A DNA stretch of 64,000 nucleotides from Candidatus Wolfebacteria bacterium GW2011_GWB1_47_1 (GTDB lineage: Bacteria > Patescibacteriota > Minisyncoccia > UBA6257 > UBA9933): assembly GCA_001029635.1 (NCBI GenBank), contig CP011209.1:551774-615773 (forward strand). Direction: 5' to 3'. Below are positions 38,663 through 47,193 of this stretch, in pieces; within the stretch, counting starts at the first letter, position 1, and each line of letters begins with the position of its first letter. The position numbers and the translations under genes were made by a program. Below the pieces are notes generated by a model that was given only the letters and a program-made list of their open reading frames with translations, had not been told where the DNA came from and ran no database searches.

Positions 38663-39697
38663 ATGAAGCGATGGATGTTGCTCGTGGTATTGGCTGCCGT
38701 TTGTGGGGGATGTGCAAGCGTTCCCAAAACGGTCTCGTACACGGACTATGTATGGACGGAGGTGGAAGAACAACAGCCTCCGATCCAGACTATCGTTCCA
38801 AACGATGACTTCGTACCCGTAGAGGCTGAAGTCGTCCAACCGGTAAAAGAAACCGTGACGCAGGCTATTATGCCTACCGAATTTCCCGAGCCGAAAAAGG
38901 ACCGAAAGTATCACCGGATTGGAGGCCCGAATGCCTTCAATACAAACCGGGCGCCCAAGCCGGATGAGATCCGAATTGTGCTTTCCAAAGATGCGTTCGC
39001 GATCATCGACGATCGTAACAACAAGCTTTGGCAGGCATGGCTTCGCGCGGGGACGTGGACATACGCCGCACCGACCAGTGACCCTAATTTTTATCGGGTT
39101 ACCTGGGTCGAGGAGTGTGGTAATAGTGTCCTCAACCCCGACCACATCGCGATCTATGTCCGAGTACGGCGTGAACGCGCTGTACAGCAACCGGTGGAAA
39201 AGAAGGTGGCTGTTGCGCCATTCAAGCTGGTGCAGGTCCCTCAACCGCCGAAGAAGCGGTGGGTTTCGACGCCGGTCACGCGTACGCGTGAACTGACCTG
39301 TCGTGAACGCAAGTCCGGCTGGGGATCTGTGATCGGCGGAGCTCTGGGAGTGGGTGTAGGTATTCTAACCCGCAATAAGGGAATCGCCGCCGTGGCTGGC
39401 GCCGGGGGTACGCTCATCGGCAGCTGGATCGATGGGGGATGTGTAGATTCTGGCGAAGCGGCCCAGGCCATCGGCTTTGGGGCTCTTGGCTACGGACTTA
39501 CCAAGGAGAAAGTTCGACATCACCAGCCGGCGTCGCCATCCTCAGGTGGCCCCGCGCCTCCACCTCCGAATGGACCTTCCATTCCGCCTTCATCGGGCGG
39601 TGGCGGTCCCGCTCCGCTTCCGGCAAACGGCCCGGCCTACTTCAACGGGGGCGCGCCTATCGCTCCTGCCGGACCCACCTTTCTTCCGTTTAATTGA
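38663..39697 (+). CDS. putative lipoprotein with glycine-zipper 2TM domain and Pro/Gly-rich C-terminal tail
   Basis: signal peptide ...LAAVCGGCAS; GSVIGGALGVGVGILTRNKGIAAVAGAGGTLIGSWIDGG glycine zipper; low-complexity PAPPPPNGPSIPPSSGGGGPAP tail. Confidence 0.6.
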   Translation: MKRWMLLVVLAAVCGGCASVPKTVSYTDYVWTEVEEQQPPIQTIVPNDDFVPVEAEVVQPVKETVTQAIMPTEFPEPKKDRKYHRIGGPNAFNTNRAPKPDEIRIVLSKDAFAIIDDRNNKLWQAWLRAGTWTYAAPTSDPNFYRVTWVEECGNSVLNPDHIAIYVRVRRERAVQQPVEKKVAVAPFKLVQVPQPPKKRWVSTPVTRTRELTCRERKSGWGSVIGGALGVGVGILTRNKGIAAVAGAGGTLIGSWIDGGCVDSGEAAQAIGFGALGYGLTKEKVRHHQPASPSSGGPAPPPPNGPSIPPSSGGGGPAPLPANGPAYFNGGAPIAPAGPTFLPFN

Positions 39698-39709
39698 TTT
39701 ATTCTATCG

Positions 39710-39748
39710 TGAGGCGAGTCTTGCGCTTGCCTCACGCTTCTTTTTAAG
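39710..39748 (+). terminator. hairpin terminator
   Basis: GTGAGGC-N13-GCCTCAC then GCTTCTTTTT. Confidence 0.5.
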
Positions 39749-39863
39749 GACCGTATCATTAGATAGGGACTTTCAAAAGGGGTGTTATCGTCATCCGCAT
39801 GCATGTGTATATACTTGCATGAATCATATTCATATATTATTTTATCAGCTTAGTATCATTCAT

Positions 39864-41357
39864 ATGACCACCATCATAAAAAAAATAACGGTCGTATTCC
39901 TTGCATTGTTTATGGTTGCCGGAATGGCCGCTCCGTCTGCGACCGCACTTGCGGCGACATTTAACAATGACAGCCGCGATTATGCAACGTTGCAGGTTTC
40001 AAACTACACCCGTAACCCGGGCAGCAATAGTAATTGGTCTAACTCCGTATCCGCAAGCGCAGGCGAAGTCGTCAGCTTCCTGGTGTATTACCACAACACT
40101 GCATCCGACACGGCAAGCAACACCCGTATCCGCGTGCAACTTCCGTCGGGAGCATTTACGAACCGTACGGTTACTGGAGAGGTTTTTTCCTTAACTACTT
40201 CTACCGTAAATGGTTCCGCATCAATCAATCTGTCGTCAAATCAGACGCTGACTTTTATTCCAGGAAGCGTGAGTTGGTATCCGAACCAGTCAACCGTTTC
40301 TCAAACATTGCCGAACGGACAGAACGGCAGTGAAATCGTCTCCTCCAATGGTGTTCTTATTGGAGATATTGCAGGAGGATGGGGTGCGCAAGGATATATT
40401 GTATTTCGCGCGCAGGTGAGTTCCGGTAGTCAGTCGATAGTAGTCAATTCCTCGACTAATGCGCGTAGTCCGTATGTCACCACACGCGCAGCTTCTTCTG
40501 TGTCCCGTTCAAGCGTATTATTGCGTGGGGCAATAAACCCTAACGGGACACTTACTACTGGATGGTTTGAATATGGTGTGACTCCTTCTCTTGGTAGAAC
40601 GACAATCGTTCAGCCTATGGGGCAATCTCAGTACTCGAACGCGTATTCTTCCGTTTTGAGCGGCTTGCAGGCAGGTACGACCTATTATTATCGGGCTGCT
40701 GCTCAGAATTCCTATGGCACGGCGCGCGGGCATATCCTTAGCTTTACGACATCGGGAGGTGTAGTTGCGCAGATTGCTCCGCGCACAATCGTTCAACGTA
40801 CTGCAACCGTTCGTTCGGAAGCGGTCACTATAGGGGATGATGCATTGATCATACTTGATCCATCTATTGATGTCGTTCGGCCTAATGCTGGAGACACGAT
40901 CACCTATACGATCATCTATAAAAACAAAACTAATACGGCATTGCGCGATGCACAATTGAGTATCGTTCTTCCGGAAGATATTGTGTATAGAGAAGCTTCC
41001 GTCGATCCAACCTCGGTTACTGATGGGCAAATCGCATTTAATCTCGGCACTATTGCTGCCCGAGAATCCGGATCCATTGATATTACTTTAATGATAAGCG
41101 AGGCGGTGCGTGCGAATGATTCTTTTTCGATCAATGCATTATTGGATTACGCCAATGGACGTGGCGATATGCAAACGGTAAGCGCCTATCTTGTATTCTT
41201 GGTAAATGATGGAACTGCCGGGTTAGCATCACTTTCGAGCGTTTTCGGGGGGTTGCTTGATAACTGGTTCATTGATCTGGTCCTCGGATTGATCATCGGA
41301 TTTGGTATCTATCATTTCTTCGTTCGACAGAAAGATGAAGTGCTATTGGTAAAATAA
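39864..41357 (+). CDS. secreted cell-surface repeat protein, paralog A (signal peptide, DUF11/CARDB-like N-domain, two ~104-aa repeats, DUF11-like domain, C-terminal TM anchor)
   Basis: MTTIIKKITVVFLALFMVAGMAAPSATALA signal; the ORF-track start 39477 is rejected because paralog alignment fixes ATG 39864; C-terminal WFIDLVLGLIIGFGIYHFFVRQK. Confidence 0.8.
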   Translation: MTTIIKKITVVFLALFMVAGMAAPSATALAATFNNDSRDYATLQVSNYTRNPGSNSNWSNSVSASAGEVVSFLVYYHNTASDTASNTRIRVQLPSGAFTNRTVTGEVFSLTTSTVNGSASINLSSNQTLTFIPGSVSWYPNQSTVSQTLPNGQNGSEIVSSNGVLIGDIAGGWGAQGYIVFRAQVSSGSQSIVVNSSTNARSPYVTTRAASSVSRSSVLLRGAINPNGTLTTGWFEYGVTPSLGRTTIVQPMGQSQYSNAYSSVLSGLQAGTTYYYRAAAQNSYGTARGHILSFTTSGGVVAQIAPRTIVQRTATVRSEAVTIGDDALIILDPSIDVVRPNAGDTITYTIIYKNKTNTALRDAQLSIVLPEDIVYREASVDPTSVTDGQIAFNLGTIAARESGSIDITLMISEAVRANDSFSINALLDYANGRGDMQTVSAYLVFLVNDGTAGLASLSSVFGGLLDNWFIDLVLGLIIGFGIYHFFVRQKDEVLLVK

Positions 41358-41368
41358 TATGTTTCCCA

Positions 41369-41402
41369 TAAAACAGCTCCTCTCGGGTGAGCTGTTTTAG
41401 CT
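41369..41402 (+). terminator. rho-independent terminator
   Basis: AAAACAGCTCCTCTCGGGTGAGCTGTTTTA. Confidence 0.65.
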
Positions 41403-41464
41403 AAAAGGGGGTCGATTATTGTTTTAATAACATCCTCGCAAGCTAATCAATAAAAATCATCATC

Positions 41465-42688
41465 ATGACATTTATCATCAAAAAAATATCCAGCGCATTT
41501 CTTGTTTTACTGGTAATCGTAGGAGTGGTCGCTCCGTCCGCGACCGCACTTGCCGCGACCTTCAACAATGACAGCCGCGATTATGCAACGTTGCAGGTTT
41601 CAAACTACACCCGCAATCCGGGCAGCAGCGCCAATTGGTCCAACTCCGTATCCGCAAACGAAGGCGAAGTAGTCAGCTTCCTCGTGTATTACCACAACAC
41701 CGCATCCGATACGGCAAACAATACCCGCATCCGCGTGAAACTTCCGTCGGGAATGTTTACGAATTCGTCCATCCAGGGAGATGTTTGGGCAAATAACGAA
41801 TCTGCTGTTGCCGGCACTGCATCGGTCAGTCTGTCGTCAAATCAGACACTAACTTTCATCCCGGGAAGTGTTGTATGGTATCCGAACCAGTCAACCGTTT
41901 CGCAGACATTACCAAACGGACAGAATGGCAGTGAAATTGTTTCTTCCAATGGCCTTATCATCGGTGATATCGCTAGTGGATGGGATGCACAGGGATATAT
42001 CGTATTTCGCGCGCAGGTGAGCTCGACTCCTACTGGATCGTTGGCAACCGTTACAACACAGAGTGCAAGTTCGCTTGCACAGCGATCCGCTACCATATCC
42101 GCACTTATTGATGCAAATGGGGCAAACACGTCGACTTGGTTCGAATATGGTACCGCACCATCATTCGGCTCTATAACTGCTGAGCAGACGATTGGATCAA
42201 GTGCTTCCGGTTCTAATATTACCGCATATCTTACTAATCTTTCCCCTAATACTACATATCATTATCGTGCCGTTGCTCGCAATGCCCATGGGATAGCCCA
42301 TGGAGTTACGTTACAATTTTCTACGCTAGTAGCCGGTGCACAGGCGACTGCCGTCACTAATGGAACAAATGATATTACCGGATCATCTGCTACGATAACG
42401 GGGGCTGTTAATCCGAACAATGCAAATACCGCCGTTTGGTTTGAATATGGGACTAGTGCATTGTTCGGTCGTGTTGACGGTAGTCGATCGATCGGCTCTG
42501 GAAGTGCCTCGGTCGAGCTCACTTTTTTGCTTACCGGACTAACTCCGCGAACCTTGTATTATTATAGAGTTGTTGCCCAGAATTCTTACGGAACGACGTA
42601 TGGTTCTACTATATATTTCACAACAAAGGCGGATGGACCTGTTCCTCCTGTTGTGAATGGACCGAGCATTATGCCAAGTTCATACTAA
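41465..42688 (+). CDS. secreted repeat protein, paralog B (same N-domain, three repeats, no C-terminal DUF11/TM anchor)
   Basis: N-terminal ~190 aa almost identical to A/C at DNA level; ends ...KADGPVPPVVNGPSIMPSSY without the anchor module. Confidence 0.75.
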   Translation: MTFIIKKISSAFLVLLVIVGVVAPSATALAATFNNDSRDYATLQVSNYTRNPGSSANWSNSVSANEGEVVSFLVYYHNTASDTANNTRIRVKLPSGMFTNSSIQGDVWANNESAVAGTASVSLSSNQTLTFIPGSVVWYPNQSTVSQTLPNGQNGSEIVSSNGLIIGDIASGWDAQGYIVFRAQVSSTPTGSLATVTTQSASSLAQRSATISALIDANGANTSTWFEYGTAPSFGSITAEQTIGSSASGSNITAYLTNLSPNTTYHYRAVARNAHGIAHGVTLQFSTLVAGAQATAVTNGTNDITGSSATITGAVNPNNANTAVWFEYGTSALFGRVDGSRSIGSGSASVELTFLLTGLTPRTLYYYRVVAQNSYGTTYGSTIYFTTKADGPVPPVVNGPSIMPSSY

Positions 42689-42699
42689 TCAAACGCAAA

Positions 42700-42735
42700 A
42701 AAGAGCATATCAGTGCTCTTTTTTGCGCTTGCGTG
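42700..42735 (+). terminator. rho-independent terminator
   Basis: AAAAAGAGCATATCAGTGCTCTTTTTT. Confidence 0.7.
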
Positions 42736-42772
42736 AAGAGGGGATTTTAGAGATGCGTTTTAGGACACTAAT

Positions 42773-42801
42773 TGACAAAACAGTACGATTTAGTATATAA
42801 T
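42773..42801 (+). promoter_or_regulatory. consensus sigma70 promoter TTGACA-N17-TATAAT with ~100-nt leader
   Basis: TTGACAAAACAGTACGATTTAGTATATAAT. Confidence 0.65.
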
Positions 42802-42899
42802 ACTTATAAGTGATCAATATTCAGATTTTGATCAGGGACGGTAACGATGAATGGATTTAGTTATCCATTTTGAAATAGTAATATTAGTATCATATCCAT

Positions 42900-45332
42900 A
42901 TGACCACCATCATCAAAAAAATAACCATCGCATTCCTTGCCTTACTGGTAATCGTAGGAGTGGTCGCTCCATTTGCTAACGTTTTTGCCGCGACCTTCAA
43001 CAATGACAGCCGCGATTATGCAACGTTGCAGGTTTCAAACTACACCCGCAATCCGGGCAGCAGCGCCAATTGGTCCAACTCCGTATCCGCAAACGAAGGC
43101 GAAGTAGTCAGCTTCCTCGTGTATTACCACAACACCGCATCCGATACGGCAAGCAACACCCGTATCCGCGTGCAACTTCCGTCGGGAGCATTTACCAATG
43201 TGTCCATTCAGGGAGATGTTTGGGCACATAACGGATCTGCTGTTGCCGGCACTGCATCGGTCAGTCTGTCGTCAAATCAGACACTAACTTTCATCCCGGG
43301 AAGTGTTGCATGGTATCCGAACCAGTCAACCGTTTCTCAAACATTGCCGAACGGACAGAACGGCAGTGAAATTGTTTCTTCCAATGGCCTTATCATCGGT
43401 GATATCGCTAGTGGATGGGATGCACAGGGATACATCGTATTCCGTGCGCAGGTGAGCTCGAATACCGTTAATCCGCCGCAACAGAACGGATCAGCTCCGT
43501 TTGTTTCGACTAATACCGCATCAGCTATTCAGCAGGATCGCGCGACTGTTCAAGGAACCGTCAATCCAAATAATGCAAATACGAATGCTTGGTTCGAATA
43601 TGGAACGACGCAGTCTTTTGGAAACACGACCGGATATCAGGTTATCGGCCTAGGCAATTCCAGTACGAATGCCGTGGGGTACTTCTACAATCTGAATCAG
43701 AATACAACCTATTATTATCGTATTGTCGCCCAAAATGCTTATGGGACGACGTATGGAAACATATTAAGCTTCACAACGCAGGGTTCCACGACTGGCACCG
43801 GCAGCGCACCGTATGCCACAACGCATTCGGCGTATTCTGTCGCACAGAATTCCGCGACGTTACAGGGTGCTGCTAATCCGAATGGGCTTGCCACTACGGC
43901 TTGGTTCGAATATGGAACGACGCAGTCTTTTGGAAACACGACCGGATATCAGACTATTGGTTTAGCGAATTCAGCCTCCACTATTTCCGGATATCTTTCG
44001 AATCTGTCTTCCAATACAACGTATTACTATCGCATTGTCGCACAAAATGCCTATGGGACGACGTATGGGAATACATTGAATGTTATGACACAGCAGTCCT
44101 ACGGAGGAGGCAATAATGGCTCTGTTCCTACTGCCTATACTAATACGGTTTCGGCTTCAGGGGTAAACTCAGCAACATTTAGCGGTTCAGTCAATCCAAA
44201 TGGTAACTATACCAATGCATGGTTTGAATATGGTCTAAGCCAGTCATTGGGGTATACGATTGGGTATCAGGCGCTTGGGTCAAGTAGTTACGCTTCTGCT
44301 ATTACGGCGAATGTGTATAATCTTGCACCGAACACAGCCTACTATTATCGAGCCGTTGCGCAAAATTCTTACGGGACAAACTATGGGACCATTCTAACCT
44401 TTACTACAAGCGGTTCTTCGATCAATAATGCAAGCAAGGCTCCTTATGTTACGAGCCGGGCCGTGCAATCTGTTTTTCGTAATTCCGCATTGATCAACGG
44501 TAATGTTAATCCTAATGGATCACTTACTACCGCATGGTTTGAGTGGGGTGTTACTGCTTCGTTGGGTAGCCGGACCATGATCCAGCCTGTCGGTATGGCA
44601 AACTATTCAGATAGTTATTCCGCTGTGTTGAGTGGATTGTTGCCTGGGACCGATTACTATTATCGGGCTGTTGCACAGAATGCCTATGGGACGACGTACG
44701 GAACTATTCTTACATTTACAACCTCGGCGCAAACTATCGTTCCGGTCGTCGTGAATAATAAGACTACCGAGCCGCGCGTGGTCGTCCAACAGATTACGGG
44801 ATCATCTGCGGTTGAACAGACCGTCATTTTAACTCCCTCGATTGACAAGAGCGATCCGCGAGCAGGGGATGCTGTTAAGTATTCTATTCAATATCGCAAT
44901 GAAGGAGCAAGTGCGATCACTGGAGCAACCGTGAAGATTCTTCTTCCTAGTGAGGTGGAATATGACAGCGCTACGATGAAGCCGAGTTTTGTTGAAGATA
45001 ATGAACTCACCTTCGACTTGGGTACAATCAAGGGTCATAGCCAGGGGGTCATCACGATTAAAGCAACTATCGATACTGCTGTCGATGCGGATAGCGCATT
45101 GATGTTCAGTGCGACATTAAACTATACCGATGCAAAGAAGCAGTTCCAATCTACGAGTGCCTATTTGACCGTCATGGTCGAAGTAGGTTCTGCGGGATTA
45201 GCTTCGCTCTTTGGCGTATTCGGTACGTTATTAAATAATTGGTTTGTTGATCTCGTACTCGGTCTCTTGATCGGATTCGGTATTTACCACTTCTTTGTCC
45301 GACAAAAGGAGGAAGAAGCTCTGATCAAATAA
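42900..45332 (+). CDS. secreted cell-surface repeat protein, paralog C (six ~104-aa repeats, DUF11-like domain, C-terminal TM anchor)
   Basis: 810 aa; repeats each contain NPNG..T.AWFEYG...TTYYYR.VAQN.YGTTYG; C-term WFVDLVLGLLIGFGIYHFFVRQKEEEALIK. Confidence 0.85.
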   Translation: MTTIIKKITIAFLALLVIVGVVAPFANVFAATFNNDSRDYATLQVSNYTRNPGSSANWSNSVSANEGEVVSFLVYYHNTASDTASNTRIRVQLPSGAFTNVSIQGDVWAHNGSAVAGTASVSLSSNQTLTFIPGSVAWYPNQSTVSQTLPNGQNGSEIVSSNGLIIGDIASGWDAQGYIVFRAQVSSNTVNPPQQNGSAPFVSTNTASAIQQDRATVQGTVNPNNANTNAWFEYGTTQSFGNTTGYQVIGLGNSSTNAVGYFYNLNQNTTYYYRIVAQNAYGTTYGNILSFTTQGSTTGTGSAPYATTHSAYSVAQNSATLQGAANPNGLATTAWFEYGTTQSFGNTTGYQTIGLANSASTISGYLSNLSSNTTYYYRIVAQNAYGTTYGNTLNVMTQQSYGGGNNGSVPTAYTNTVSASGVNSATFSGSVNPNGNYTNAWFEYGLSQSLGYTIGYQALGSSSYASAITANVYNLAPNTAYYYRAVAQNSYGTNYGTILTFTTSGSSINNASKAPYVTSRAVQSVFRNSALINGNVNPNGSLTTAWFEWGVTASLGSRTMIQPVGMANYSDSYSAVLSGLLPGTDYYYRAVAQNAYGTTYGTILTFTTSAQTIVPVVVNNKTTEPRVVVQQITGSSAVEQTVILTPSIDKSDPRAGDAVKYSIQYRNEGASAITGATVKILLPSEVEYDSATMKPSFVEDNELTFDLGTIKGHSQGVITIKATIDTAVDADSALMFSATLNYTDAKKQFQSTSAYLTVMVEVGSAGLASLFGVFGTLLNNWFVDLVLGLLIGFGIYHFFVRQKEEEALIK
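43589..44212 (+). repeat. two adjacent 312-nt intragenic tandem repeat units (two protein repeats) with long identical stretches
   Basis: TTGGTTCGAATATGGAACGACGCAGTCTTTTGGAAACACGACCGGATATCAG occurs at 43589 and again at 43901. Confidence 0.8.
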
Positions 45333-45356
45333 ACGATTTGCACAACCATTACAATC

Positions 45357-45385
45357 CCCGCTAAAGCGGGGATTTTCGGACGCAA
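45357..45385 (+). terminator. hairpin terminator
   Basis: AATCCCCGCTAAAGCGGGGATTTTC. Confidence 0.6.
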
Positions 45386-45456
45386 TTTCTTGACTTATGC
45401 CTCATCTTATTGTTAAATATCTTTAGTACAAATTCATTCCAAAAGGGGGTGGGAGT

Positions 45457-46053
45457 ATGGTGATTCGAATTGCAATTGTTGTTTTGGCGCTGTTCTGGAT
45501 GATGCTCATCGCGACTTCATCGCAGGCGGGATCGGTCGCTAGCAAGCAGCCGACGTACGAGATTGTGGTTTCATTCTCCGATTTCACGTTGCATGTTTTT
45601 GATCGCAATGGCGACGAGGTTTTCATGGCTCCGGTCGCACTACCGCAGCGCACACCGGCACTGCCTGTTGAAGGCAATGTGATTGCCATCGACCGCAATC
45701 CATGGTGGTTTCCACCTCCGGGAGTAAAGGCTCATGTGCTCAAGACTCAGAAGAAGGTTTTGCCTGCACGAGTGCCTCCTGGACCCCACAATCCTATGGG
45801 GCTTGCCAAGTTTTCCTTCCGGTTTTTTACGCCAGGAGCCGAGCAGCTCAGTAAGGTGCATGGCACCAACAAGCCCGATTCCATTGGGACACGAGCGAGC
45901 ATGGGATGTATCCGCATGCACAATACGGACGTTGTTGCGCTGTGCGACCTCATTGAACCGAAGTTCAAGGCTGGTGAGAGGATTGCCATTAGCTACGTCA
46001 GGGATCTTGAGGATGTAGTCGGCGATCATAGCACGGTTGTCGACAGTCGATGA
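45457..46053 (+). CDS. L,D-transpeptidase (YkuD domain) with N-terminal signal/TM
   Basis: catalytic block HGTNKPDSIGTRASMGCIRMHNTDV; GGGTGGGAG SD. Confidence 0.8.
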   Translation: MVIRIAIVVLALFWMMLIATSSQAGSVASKQPTYEIVVSFSDFTLHVFDRNGDEVFMAPVALPQRTPALPVEGNVIAIDRNPWWFPPPGVKAHVLKTQKKVLPARVPPGPHNPMGLAKFSFRFFTPGAEQLSKVHGTNKPDSIGTRASMGCIRMHNTDVVALCDLIEPKFKAGERIAISYVRDLEDVVGDHSTVVDSR

Positions 46054-46072
46054 TCCGGCGCATGCACGATGA

Positions 46073-46107
46073 TGATAGGCGGGAGAGTATCCCGCCTATT
46101 TTTTTTT
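46073..46107 (+). terminator. rho-independent terminator
   Basis: ATAGGCGGGAGAGTATCCCGCCTAT + TTTTTTTTT. Confidence 0.8.
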
Positions 46108-46143
46108 GAAAGCATTCATTATTTGTAGTATAGTGACTTTATT

Positions 46144-46845
46144 ATGCGATTACATCGATTTATCGGCGATTTTGATTGCGCCCAATCATCCCTATTACTC
46201 GTTGATCCTGATGTCGTCAATCAGATCTTGCGTGTACTGCGTCTTGGCGTTGGTGATCGGCTCATATTGGGCGACGGGAATGGCAATGAATGCATCGTTG
46301 AGATAACCGATCGACAAAAGAACGCACTTGCTGTGGCGGTCATTGAGCGGCTCGTTAACACGAATGACCCTGTTGTTACAGGTGTCTTGTATTGCGCCAT
46401 TTTTAAGCGCGAGAATTTTGAACTGGTCGTGCAAAAAGCGACCGAGATCGGGATAGCAGAGATCGTTCCGGTACTCACTCAACGTACAATCAAGCTAGAC
46501 ATCAAAGAAGAACGTCTTCGTAAGATTATTGCGGAAGCTGTCGAGCAGTCTGGTCGCGCTCGCGTCCCAGTACTGCATACCCCTATGACCCTGGAGTTCG
46601 CGTTGGCCGATGCAAAGCGGAATGACATTAATCTCTTTTTTGATCTAAGCGATACTCCTGTTACAGATGTTTCATTGCATGGGTATATGCGTCGTGGCAT
46701 GTTCGTCGGACCTGAGGGTGGGTGGACGGAGGATGAGACGGAAAAGGCGCGTGTGGCGGGTTGTTCTATTGTTTCTTTTGGCGCGTTGACGTTCCGTGGA
46801 GAAACTGCAGCCATCATTGCTTCATATGTAGGCACCCGTGATTGA
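46144..46845 (+). CDS. rsmE: 16S rRNA (uracil1498-N3)-methyltransferase RsmE
   Basis: PUA-like N-term and SPOUT C-term with FVGPEGGWTEDE motif. Confidence 0.8.
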   Translation: MRLHRFIGDFDCAQSSLLLVDPDVVNQILRVLRLGVGDRLILGDGNGNECIVEITDRQKNALAVAVIERLVNTNDPVVTGVLYCAIFKRENFELVVQKATEIGIAEIVPVLTQRTIKLDIKEERLRKIIAEAVEQSGRARVPVLHTPMTLEFALADAKRNDINLFFDLSDTPVTDVSLHGYMRRGMFVGPEGGWTEDETEKARVAGCSIVSFGALTFRGETAAIIASYVGTRD

Positions 46846-46909
46846 CCCTGTTTTGCGTATCCCGTATACTACCGATAGTATCTTTATGATAAGCGTCTAT
46901 GGAGGTGTT

Positions 46910-47110
46910 ATGCTACTATTGCGATTTGATCTAACAGACGAGGAGATTGCTGAGCAACGCGATGTATGGGGATATTCATATCATTTGAATCCTGCGGCCC
47001 AATCCCATCGCCGCGAAGGACTCGCATTCATTCGGCGCTGCTACTATGCGCTCATTGCTACTTTTTTGCTTTCGATCGGCATGATCGTGTGGCTTACACT
47101 GGCTTTTTGA
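46910..47110 (+). CDS. small hypothetical protein with C-terminal TM (start uncertain; ORF extends to 46838)
   Basis: GGAGGTG SD 4 nt before ATG 46910. Confidence 0.35.
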   Translation: MLLLRFDLTDEEIAEQRDVWGYSYHLNPAAQSHRREGLAFIRRCYYALIATFLLSIGMIVWLTLAF

Positions 47111-47193
47111 ATGGCTCACCTGTAAAGGGGCCATTTTTTTGTATACTCCACTACCTTGCGTTTCATGGTAGAATGTTCTATATATAGTGCGCT

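Noticed and set aside
39477-39863. 5' extension of surface protein A (ORF-track start 39477)
   Set aside because: The extension is Arg/Pro-rich junk overlapping the upstream gene's terminator. Paralogs B and C fix the true start at MTTIIKK (39864) with a signal peptide.
43500-44300. Repeats in gene C and the KA-peptide gene as possible CRISPR arrays
   Set aside because: The repeats are in-frame coding repeats (312 nt and 27 nt), have no spacer-repeat architecture, and no cas genes are present.
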